Part shown: positions 27,001-36,100 of the stretch, one piece after another
Layout: every line of letters starts with the position of its first letter
Position numbering within the stretch: the stretch's first letter is position 1
NCBI GenBank assembly: GCA_965637545.1
Contig: OZ281496.1
Location: forward strand, 25,172,001-25,236,000
Reading direction: 5' to 3'
Origin: Phallusia mammillata
Taxonomy: Eukaryota
Length of the DNA stretch: 64,000 nt
Made by a program: the position numbers and the translations under genes
Notes under the pieces: model-generated
What the model was told of the DNA's origin: nothing
The model's input: only the letters and a program-made list of their open reading frames with translations
Database searches by the model: none

Positions 27001-28803
27001 CGACCATTGGTGCGCACTGCGTTTCTTCTACCGCCTTTTTTGTGTGTGTTTCGCCGCCCTTTTCGCTTTATAATAACTTGTGTTTGCAATGTATGTCATT
27101 ACCCTGATGAAGGTGTTTCGTATGGGACATCGAAACGTTGGCATATTAAAATAAAAAACTGCCGGAAGAGCTGAAAATTTTGTTGATGCAAAAGACAACG
27201 TTTGTCAGATTTCAAATTGCACAACTTCGCACTGTAAACTTACCTCTTCCTGAGCGTTGGTAAGAAATAGGTATTTTCCTTGTTTTTCTGCCTTCAGAGA
27301 ACTGGCGTTGGAAGGCAACAGTGAAGCCGCGGCACTATCACCTGCTAAACATAAAGTACAGTATTGAGATATTGATGGTATAAAAAAAAAAAAAAAAAAA
27401 AACGCATATAAAAAAACATATATATTACTGGAATCAGTCCTAAAACGTTGATTCAGGCCAGCGATTACGGTAGTCTACACTCATACACCACTTATTGTAC
27501 ATCAGGCCTTTTGAAGGCGTCATACCGAATAGAGCCGGTCTTATGCTTGGAAGATTCGGATTAACGCAATCAATAGGCTAGCTGTATCCAGTGTGGGTTG
27601 CAATAATGCCTGAATAAATCGTATGATACGCAAAAGAATACGGGCGCCGGCAGAAATTTTTCCAGGGGGGAGGGGGGTCAAATTTTGACAAAAACACACT
27701 TGCAGGGATAGATTACTACATCAAGTAGTTATGTACACATGGCCTAAAATATATGCAGTAGATTTGCGTCAATGAAGAAAAATCCCTGTACAGCCAGGCA
27801 ACTATGAACCATTTTGTCCGTTTAAAAAACATAAAAACGGCAGATGTTATGAAAACAACACCAGATACGTAAACAAAGCAGAAATCGTTAAAGTCGCTTG
27901 TTCAGACATTTGCTTTGACTATCTCAACTTCCCTTCTTAGAGCATTATCGTTTTTCAGTCATCACCTTTTTTGAGAAAATGTTGTAATTTTGCGTTACTT
28001 TGATTTTCCAGGGGGTTCAAGTGCCCCCTCTTGCCCCTACGTGGCGGCGCCCGTGCATAAGAAGGCCTCTGCGACTTTTTGGTGGTTTTGACGGGTCAAA
28101 TCATTAAAAAAATAGAATATTGGTGAGCTATTTTTGGAATAATTGGGTTTGCACTCGATTGGATTAGGTTATATATATGCTGCTTCATATACTCGCCCTT
28201 TACCAAGTTAAAATTGAAACACATAACGTTTTACCTTGGGTTGTTCGGAGGCTTCGATTCGCATGATGAGTGGCATGCGTATTGCCCTGTTTATACCAGT
28301 TCGGTGGTTGCGTTTGATAGAACATGATAAGTGTGCGTTTTCCATCGATTCGAAAGAACTCTTCAAAGTAGGAAAACTAAAACAACGTTTTTTGTAGTTT
28401 ACGATTTAATCAGTATTTAGTAGGAAGTCCAGACCATATAAGTTATGGCCAAGATTTATATAGAATTACAATTTTGCAAGTTACACAACTAAAAATAATC
28501 TAACAAATAAGTAGTCTAGTAGTAAAATTCAATTTTGGTTTAACATCCCTATGAAAACAATGAAGAAATCTTACATTGGGGTCTTTAATCAGAATGTTTT
28601 CAACTTCATAGTGTTCCATGTCCAGTACACTTCCAATCTGTAGAAACAAAACAGGTTATTTACTAGGTAAATTTTACTTCACTGTAAAGCAATTCACACA
28701 AACAACAATTACACTTTGTCTTTACCTGCCCACATATGTAGTGATGCCTCTCATCGCACTTGTTACCGCCTGCAGCAGGACCGGTAGCGGCACCGGCAGC
28801 CAT
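1..28803 (-). CDS. DNAH5: Axonemal outer-arm dynein heavy chain, DNAH5/DNAH8 class (tail, linker, AAA1, AAA2, start of AAA3); 3' part lies outside the window
   Basis: 51 GT-AG exons with consistent phases: 28726-28803, 28575-28637, 28235-28376, 27244-27341, 26395-26571, 25804-25990, 25470-25537, 24889-25080, 24466-24577, 24138-24306, 23491-23631, 23032-23122, 22180-22365, 21558-21731, 20676-20831, 19883-20115, 19394-19545, 18764-18917, 18334-18475, 17902-18028, 17429-17613, 16893-17036, 16396-16611, 15537-15695, 14795-14961, 13917-14114, 13301-13508, 12556-12759, 12104-12232, 11558-11757, 10769-10922, 10362-10524, 9865-9968, 9630-9758, 9064-9183, 8884-8979, 8338-8484, 7081-7253, 6533-6711, 5637-5824, 5121-5315, 4447-4689, 3824-3987, 3380-3515, 2835-3027, 2377-2496, 2171-2315, 1980-2110, 1383-1561, 904-1047, 1-120. 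Motifs: AAA1 [32 protein letters not shown] and [14 protein letters not shown]; AAA2 [34 protein letters not shown]; AAA3 GEQGTAKT; linker [32 protein letters not shown]5 versus DNAH8 orthology cannot be resolved by eye; the first exons are less certain than the motor exons. Confidence 0.95.
313..606. mobile_element. hAT-type MITE
   Basis: TIR CAGTGATTTTCAACC...GGTTGAAAAACACTG; 8-bp TSD CCCTAAAC/CACTAAAC; repeated subterminal GTGTTCCG. Confidence 0.85.
5953..6093 (+). mobile_element. Fold-back Penelope-like pLTR fragment with hammerhead core
   Basis: 42-bp inverted repeats (5953-5994 and 6052-6093, one mismatch) enclose TCA-CTGATGA-T-GGCA/TGCC-GAAA-CGTT-TGA and AATAAA (6040-6045); same family as 23210-23422. 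Confidence 0.75.
6000..6037 (+). ncRNA. Minimal hammerhead ribozyme motif
   Basis: Stem I TCA/TGA, core CTGATGA (6003-6009), stem II GGCA/TGCC, GAAA (6027-6030), palindromic AAACGTTT; predicted cleavage after GUU at 6034. Confidence 0.7.
6199..6451. mobile_element. Degenerate hAT-type MITE
   Basis: Imperfect TIR CATTGGTTCCGAAC...GTTGGGAACCACTG; TSD not preserved. Confidence 0.55.
7309..8240. mobile_element. 932-bp non-autonomous DNA transposon, superfamily unresolved
   Basis: 23-bp imperfect TIR GGTACCTG(A/C)AG..AGGCCC (18/23); internal TAAGGCCC-like motifs on both strands; no coding capacity. Confidence 0.7.
14530..14635 (+). mobile_element. tRNA-derived SINE-like relic or tRNA pseudogene
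   Basis: A-box-like AGCTCATTTGGAAAAGC, anticodon-like arm TAGC-CGAATAA-GCTA and T-arm GTGGG-TTCGAAT-CTCAC; the acceptor stem does not pair. Confidence 0.55.
21244..21477. mobile_element. hAT-type MITE
   Basis: TIR CAGTGGTCGGCAACC...GGTTGCCGACCCCTG; TSD GTCTAGAC/GTCTAGGA; repeated CGGTCCGC. Confidence 0.88.
23210..23422 (+). mobile_element. Solo Penelope-like pLTR fragment with partly deleted hammerhead
   Basis: The 3' ~80 nt nearly match 5997-6087 but lack GCCGAAACGTTTG. TATAAAA lies upstream of CTGATGA. Flanked by the 10-bp direct repeat TAAGCAGAAT (23200-23209, 23423-23432). Confidence 0.75.
26585..27186 (+). mobile_element. 5'-truncated Penelope-like retroelement (GIY-YIG endonuclease C-terminus plus pseudo-LTR) in dynein intron 4
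   Basis: ORF 26622-26984 has [30 protein letters not shown]...SALAQH...LESWNI...MN, the typical PLE GIY-YIG domain. It is followed by a hammerhead core and AATAAA (27150-27155) and flanked by the 12-bp direct repeat TGCAAAAGACAA (26573-26584, 27187-27198). Confidence 0.93.
27098..27146 (+). ncRNA. Minimal type I hammerhead ribozyme motif in the Penelope pseudo-LTR
   Basis: CC-CTGATGA(27104-27110)-A-stem II GGTGTTTC/gtat/GGGACATC-GAAA-CG-TT-GG: intact core with a palindromic, loop-less stem III, as known for PLE hammerheads. Stem I is short and imperfect. Confidence 0.75.
27639..28055. mobile_element. hAT-type MITE
   Basis: TIR (T)ACGGGCGCCG...CGGCGCCCGTG; TSD CAAAAGAA/CATAAGAA; subterminal TTTTCCAGGGGG at both ends. 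Confidence 0.8.
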
Positions 28804-29490
28804 AATTGTAATTTACTCAAATCTGCCTGTAAAGCATCCAATCGCTTCCTAACCCGGCATTTGTACAATATATTTGACAACTGCTTTAGCGTATCGCAGA
28901 AAAGCAAGTAGTTGTCAAACATCACTAAAGCAACTGTAAGTGCTTGCAACACAATAGATACTTGAAACAAAGAAGTGGAAGTGAAAGCACTCAGCGAATT
29001 TGTTCTGTTTCAGGGATAAATGGACTCCGTCCCTCGCAATAAAACGAAAGCCCAATCAAAACAAGGCTAGATATTAACTGATTAGTAAGTTATGTAAGCC
29101 TTAATGCAATAACTGTGAAAAGCGTGAGTAAATAAACAAAACAAAAAAATTATGAAATTTGTTGACATCTGGAAAATATCACAGGAGCACAAATTATGTT
29201 TTAAACAAATCGTAGAATAATTCAGTAATATAATTGTATGCCATCGTCAATTATAAACAGAACAATTATTTTTTAAGTTTATTAAAAAACTATGTGTTGG
29301 AACAGAAATACAGTCAACAAACAAAATAAAATCAAAATCTGCACACAAACGTCGTAGAAATAAGATTTCCTGCATCCGAAAATAGTAGGGGATTTTTTTA
29401 ATACATGTGCGTTTGTTTTGTGACATTTTGTGCCTTTGAAACTAAGTATAATAGGTTTTGGTTGCGATTATATAAGTTTCCACATTTGCA
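28804..29490. promoter_or_regulatory. Shared divergent promoter region of dynein HC and RPF2
   Basis: 687 bp between opposing ATGs; X-box-like GTTGCTTTAGTGAT (minus, 28921-28934) and forkhead-like GTAAATA/ATAAACA (29128-29138). Confidence 0.6.
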
Positions 29491-31312
29491 ATGGAACAAG
29501 GAATAGTGTAAGTATATATTCTGTCTATATTCTAAAAGTGACAAATAACAAAATGTCATTACATACACTTAAACTAAGAAAAAATCTTTGCTGTAAACCA
29601 AGTCTTTAAAACTTAGCAATCTGGTAATGCAACTTTGCTTATTACTATTTGTGAAACTTACAGGAAGCCTAAAACACAGAGACACAAAAGAATTTTAAAA
29701 GCGCGGCTACCGAAAGTCCATGAAAATGACAAAAAGTCCTTGTTCATTAGAGGGGGAAACACTAGTGAAACTGTTACTTCTGTTCTAAAAGATTTGGTAA
29801 GCATGAAAGATAAACAGTTGAATGCAAGAGTATTGTTTGTGATAATGGATTTGTTTTTGTGATTTTACAGTACGCTCTTAAAAAGCCAAATGCTACTTTG
29901 TTTCGCAAACGAAATATCACAAGACCATTCGAAAATGCAACAAGTATTGAGTTTTTGTCAAAAATGAATGATGCGTCGCTGTTTATGTTTGGCTCTCACT
30001 CCAAGAAGAGACCCCACAACCTAGTAATAGGTATTCCTAAATTGCTAAGAATTAATCATTGAGAATATATCATCTGGTTTTGTTTTTTAAAGGTCGGACA
30101 TTTGATAGTCAGTTATTGGATATGATTGAGCTTGGAGTTGAAAACTATCAATCCCTTGAGAGTGTAAAGGTATTTTATTACAAATATTTTATTCTCAGAC
30201 AACCATCATTGGGTGTATCATGGATATGAGTAAAAAAATCACAAAATGCTTTTAGTGTCACATAGTATGGAGGTTAGGCCTGAATGCCTTTTATAGACTC
30301 TGACAGCGTATTTATATTTGTAGGGTAACAAATGTGCCCTGGCTACAAAACCATGTCTTGTATTTGCTGGGCCTGAATTTGAAACAGATGATGAACTAAG
30401 AAGATTGCAGTCAATCCTAACAGACTTTTTTCGAGGACCAGTTATTAAAAATGTGAGACTAGCAGGTAAGCTAATGATTTTTTCTTCAGTTTTTAATCTG
30501 TTGCAATTGAAAACCTTATGCATTTTAGGCTTGGAACATGTCATTCAGTTCACAGCGAATGATGGAAGGGTGTTTTTGAGGAGTTACAGGTATGTATATG
30601 TTAAAGGGTTCGCAACCTTTTGAACACAGTGTATCAATTAATTTGTACTGTAAAAATATCAGCATTTTTATGCCAGAAGTACCTGGTAATTAGAAATTAA
30701 ATAGTTAGATTTTGTACATTAAGGCTTCTAATTTGGCCGAATTACATACAGTATTAAATGAGAACTTGTAATGGTATTGGTTTGCCAGGGTAGATAACTA
30801 GGCATGCCAGAGGTATTCCACTTTGCTCACCATTATTTGAAAATGTTGACAGAATTGCATTAAAAAAGTCTGGAACAAGGATACCCAGAATTGAACTGGA
30901 AAACATGGGGCCAAATATGGACCTTACTGTTCGTAGAACGCACATTGCATCTGATGACTTGTACAAGAAAGCTTGTCGCAAACCGAAAGCTGCCAAGGTA
31001 AATTTTGCTTAAAAAGCAAGTCAACTGTGTCATTTTGTTGAACTTGTTTGTCTGAAAAACTTAAGTCTACCGAATGTTTCATTATTTAGAATTGTTGTAG
31101 TGTATTGAAATTTGTATGTTTCTTATTGTGCTTTACAGCCGAAGAAAGTCAAGAACGTTTCTGGTGACATATTTGGTACAAAACGTGGCCGAATTCACAT
31201 GACATCACAAGACCTTGGAAATCTACAAACCCGTAAAGTGAAAGCTCTCAAAAGAAACCTGAGCGAAACCAAAAGTGCAAAGAAAACTATCAAGCGATTA
31301 AAATCATCCTGA
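29491..31312 (+). CDS. RPF2: Ribosome production factor 2 homolog (Brix domain)
   Basis: 8 phase-consistent exons: 29491-29507, 29664-29796, 29871-30030, 30093-30169, 30324-30465, 30529-30589, 30853-30997, 31139-31312. Peptides [74 protein letters not shown] and KKVKNVSGDIFGTKRGRIHM match RPF2/BXDC1. Confidence 0.95.
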
Positions 31313-31415
31313 AGACAAGTTTTATTTTAGGGATAGCATGTTTCATCTCCTACTTGTTCTTTCTCTTTTTGAGCTGGTTTAGAATGAAACCTAAAACAGT
31401 GGTTTCAAAGATTCA

Positions 31416-31421
31416 AATAAA
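31416..31421 (+). terminator. Polyadenylation signal of RPF2
   Basis: AATAAA about 100 nt after the RPF2 stop codon. Confidence 0.6.
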
Positions 31422-31534
31422 ATGCTTTGGAACTGAAATAGGAACATCAGTGTATAAAAATCAAGAACTTTTTGCATGGCTTGGGAGTTTATAAAAAAGC
31501 AGAATAGCTGCAATTGTTGCTGTGGTGCTGTATA

Positions 31535-31610
31535 CAGTAAACCTCAGTTAATATGTCCGGATTTGAGGAAGATTTGGTTTATCTGATGCCGGATTAATCA
31601 AGGTTTACTG
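31535..31610. mobile_element. Small TA-target (Tc1/mariner-pogo-type) MITE
   Basis: TA|CAGTAAACCT...AGGTTTACTG|TA; related to 59771-60273. Confidence 0.75.
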
Positions 31611-32546
31611 TATTTTAGTAAGACAGGAGGCATCCCAAAGACAGTTGTGTGTGTCTTGTAGTATTTTTTTTTTGCACAGAGTAATGAAGTTTGGAATCAT
31701 TTGTATTGGTAATTGCGACTTATATACTGATGACGATTCAAAAACGACAACAAAGCGCACGAAACACAAAACTTGTCGGTGCTTGCGTATGGAATCGATG
31801 ACGTCATCACAGCGTTTCGTCATAGTCGATGGAAATTCCGTTTCTTGTTTTGACAGCAGCAGAATGGGTTTGAAAATTCCCTTGCGGGGTTCAATTCGGT
31901 CTGGGGTATCGGGGCTTGCATTACAACATATGGGGCGCGCACATAATCAAAAGTGGGGACGTGCTGGGGTAAAAGCTAGGGGGCGCAAAAAAGACAATTC
32001 GTGAACAATACATGGTGAACACTTAGGTTAGTAAAGCGGGCAAAAGAGCAACGTGTAGTAAAGACAAATACACGATTAAAATCAGCTTGCGCTCCTTGGC
32101 GGGTTAAGTATTAAAACTGTAGTTTATCCAGGGCACTGCCCTTTCTAGGTTTTGCGAGGTGGGATTTCTTGCTTAACGCTGGAACGCACAAAACACCAGC
32201 GTATAGGGGTAGTGATGTCATGTACAATAAATCCATATATAGGCATGTATAAGCGGAATGTGATTACACACATACACACACACTGTACGGGTATAAATTA
32301 ATAATCGATTTCGGTTGGTTGAGCGCACGATCACGTGATCACACGTAAATCTCTAAAAACGTCACAAAACACACAAAACAACAGCGTTGTTCACTTTTTG
32401 AACACGATTCGTAAAACTTTTTTTCACGGCAAAACATAGCATGGCCAACAACTCTCTGTCCGCAAGGCAGCAACCGGCCGATGACGTCATAGTGACGTTA
32501 AAATCAGCGGCGTTTCGGTGAGTAAGCAAGAAGGGTTAGTGCAAAA

Positions 32547-32998
32547 CATGCACAGATGAAAAACACCAAACATGCAAGGTTTTTTAAAACAAAATCCAAA
32601 ATGAAATGGCGCTTTAGGCTCACAGCAGCCTTTGCCAAACTTTATTTTGATTTTACCTTAAGGATCGGCCGTGCTGTAGATTATATACATAATTTTTTTA
32701 CTTAATGTTTTTGATGTAGTATGTACACTCTGTACTCGTAAGAGCATTCCATGCAAACAAAACCGTTTGACTTTTTGTCAGGGTCAAACCATTATACCGC
32801 ATGCTAATGATGAAATAACGCAAAGCGATGTTAGGTATGGGTATTGGTGGGTACAGCAGATGGTTAATGATGACAAACACTGACGACAGATGCTACGTCA
32901 CGGAGGCATGCATCACAAGCCAAAACCGAAAACAAATATGAAAAAAGGAAAAATTGGGTTAAAGGGTAACTGAAAGGACGGCTGCACTTGCCCATGCA
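32547..32998 (-). promoter_or_regulatory. Cluster of five TGCATG (RBFOX-type) splicing elements
   Basis: Sense-strand TGCATG at 32547, 32571, 32750, 32907 and 32993, downstream of a CAC|GTGAGT donor at 33011. Confidence 0.6.
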
Positions 32999-33119
32999 CT
33001 GTCATACTCACGTGATGGGCAATCGGCCACTGGGTGGCGCGTGGGAGCGGGAAATTTACAATTTTTTTGTTTCGTGGGGAGCGCGGGGCACGTTCAAGTA
33101 AGCAAGGCGGATTGGAGAA

Positions 33120-36100
33120 CTAATCTAAGTAGTTGCTTCCATCTGTGAATGTACAACGTCGTTGGATGAAAATCGTTGATGAAATAGATTCAAGGTTTAA
33201 TATATGAATAATGTGACGAGAAATACAAGCAAACAATTCCAATTAACATCTTGTCAACCTCAAATTATTCAAACTTGCATTATCCATTTCTGATACTTTC
33301 TTTGACCGAAAAAAGATCATATTATTTGAGTAAGTTTTTCCTATTTGGAGCTTATCAATGGTAGGACCACAAGATTTAAGAAAGTTTGGTCAATAGCAAT
33401 AGTAAGATAAAGGGATTTAATAATTATGTGTAAGAGTAGGAGCATGATTGTACATTACACTGACATACAAGAGGAGCATAAATTAAACCCACAAATTGCG
33501 ACTTGGTTCTAAAAACCTTTTTGTTCTGTTGGAGTTAAAGGCAACTTTTGCATCGCAAGACTCTCATCAAACTAATGTTTTTGCAAGAAAATGAAGCTGC
33601 AAGTGTAAACCGTACTCTACGTCTACAAAAATAAATCAAAGGGGTCTTTGCTGCTGGCCTTCTCAGTGGAATTCACCACTGGGGTGGAAAAAATGTCAAA
33701 TGGGTCAGAGACAGGGGGTGCCTGTTCTCCACCCGATTTTGGGGCGTCAAACAGACCAAAGGGGTCATCGGAGGTAATGGTGGCCGCCGGGGCTTTGGTT
33801 TCGACCATAGGCGAAATTAGGGACTGATTTTCACTAGAGGAATCCCCAAAACCATTTAAAAGGTCGACAGAAGCCGGGACTTCCTGTATTGGTTGCAAGA
33901 GCAGAGAGTCTAAGTCGTTTTGCGGCTTCACCGAGCTTTGGTCAAGCTCGAATGGGTACTTGAAATGAGGCTTATCGAAGTCGTCGATGCTACTGTTACT
34001 CGAAGAGCGAGATGGGTTGTTCTTACCTGCCTCTTGAGCGATGCCCGAGCCGCCGTTTTCAGTCACCGCAGGAGCTTGCTTCTCAACCACTTGTCCGTAC
34101 GACTCTTTGTTTTCTTGTTCATCTTCAGCCGAGTCGGACACTCCATTAGTCGCAGGCTCTTCTGTGCGAAGAAGGTGGTCTTCAATAATAACATTTGCGG
34201 CGGCTTTGCTTTCTTCTTCTTCCTGCTCTTGAGCCGGAGCCGTGTAATCCTCTTTAGGCTCCTCCTCATAAGAGGCAGGTTGCTCTTCTTGAGCTGCGTC
34301 TTCGGAGCTTCTGAGTAAATGATCGTCGATGATGATGTTGCTTGTTTCAACCTCCGCCTGTGGCTCTTCTGCTGGAGGAGTGTACTCCTCTGCAGGAGTC
34401 TCTTCTGAAGCGTACTCCTGAGCTTGTGTCTCCTCCGGAGCAAGCTCTTGTTCTGGCTCCTCCTGTTAAAAGAAAGAAAAGAAATGCTTTAATATTACCC
34501 AAACAGGTTAAGCGAGTTTTTAACCAATTTTAGTTGCGAGAAAGTTCTGAGTCCTAAGTAGTTAGACAAGTGAAATGTAACAAACCTAAATAACAAAAAA
34601 AAAAACTTAAAAACATATCCCAGCATTTTTAGTCGGTGTGTTGATATTTAAACGTATGCTAAATGGCTGTAAATTTAGGAAATATTTCGTGCTACTGATA
34701 ACATGCATTAAATTGGCAAAGAAATAAAATTGATCAGTTGATTTGGTTGCCTTTAACATTTATTTAAAGTCCACTTAAAGGTGCAATCATAACGACTGGT
34801 CAGGAAAATTATATTAACTAAAAAATAAAGTTTACCTGTGCTGGTTCTTCTTGATATTGAGTTTCTTCTGTAACAAATAAAACCGGTTAGACAAAACTCG
34901 AGAAAAATGCAAAACAAGACCGATGATAGCACAACTTGAAATCGGATATAATTTAGTTTATATAACACAGCGTTTTTAAAACCTTGTTGTTGTTCGGGTT
35001 CTGGATCTTCGGGAACGGCCACACGTACTGGTGTTACTGCGGCGGCTTCTTCCTGCTGTTCTTGTGCTGGTTCTTCAGCAGGCGCCTTAAAAGTTTATGT
35101 TCGACATGTTAAAATCGCTGGTAGATATCAATAGGCTTATGATTTTAACTGCGCTAGTCAAAACGGAGCAAACGTTTTTCTGCATAACTATTGACATGTA
35201 TTAAAATCTTGTAAAATGCAATGGAAAAGTCTGGGATAACCTAACAGTCAACACAAGAGAAAACCAATTTATTTAAACAGTGTGTCTAAATGGAAATATA
35301 AATCGTCGCACAGTACTGACCATAATACCATAAATCATGACAAAACAATGACTGTTTTCTACAAAATGAATGATTTGGTAAACATAAAGCCCAAAAATGA
35401 AACTAACTAGAAATGATATTGTATTTGTTACTTCAGGTCACAATCAATTGTCAATATTTACCTGATTTTGGTCTTTATCAAGCAAATATTCGCCTTCGGT
35501 ATCGGACTCAGATTCAGCTACTGGTGAACCTTTACTTTCGTCCTCAGCTACTTCATAAGCACGATCCTTCAAACATTATTAAATATTTAGTGCACCACTT
35601 TGAGAAGTTTGCCTTATAAAGGTATGGAGCTTTTGGTCGCCGCCTTATCCGCCTTCTTTGGGTTTCGTCGAGTGTCGTAAGACAAACAGGTGTTAGTGTT
35701 TGTGGTGAATAGATAGACTGCTCGCCGTAATTACAAACTGTTGGCATGTAAATATGAGCTTGTCTTTATTGCCACGGAGTAATGAAATGAAGAAGGGTTA
35801 AATTTTTAATTTACGAAGTAATTTACTCAAAGACTGATTGGCATATTGAAAAGTAAGCAAGGCTACACAACGTACGAGGTAACAGGTCAATTCGCATCTG
35901 TTAAAAGCAAATTCTTGTATACTGTATATTGACTGTATATACCAGGGGTCGCCAACCTTTACTACTGAAAGAGCCACTCGGACCAGTTTCATGTAGTAAA
36001 AAAACACTGGGAGCCACAAAGTCGTTTCAAAAATTAAAATAAAATGCAAAACGTTTTTAGTCTTATGACATTCGACTTTTTGTTGTATCTAGTGTTTCAT

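Noticed and set aside
28722-28970. 82-aa ORF as the dynein N-terminus or a signal peptide
   Set aside because: Wrong frame; only the ATG at 28803 splices in phase with exon 2.
31723-31785. CTGATGA...GAAAC...GTC hammerhead look-alike
   Set aside because: No convincing stem II, and stem I does not pair.
33920-34533. Plus-strand and alternative-frame ORFs over the acidic exon
   Set aside because: Shadows of a low-complexity coding exon.
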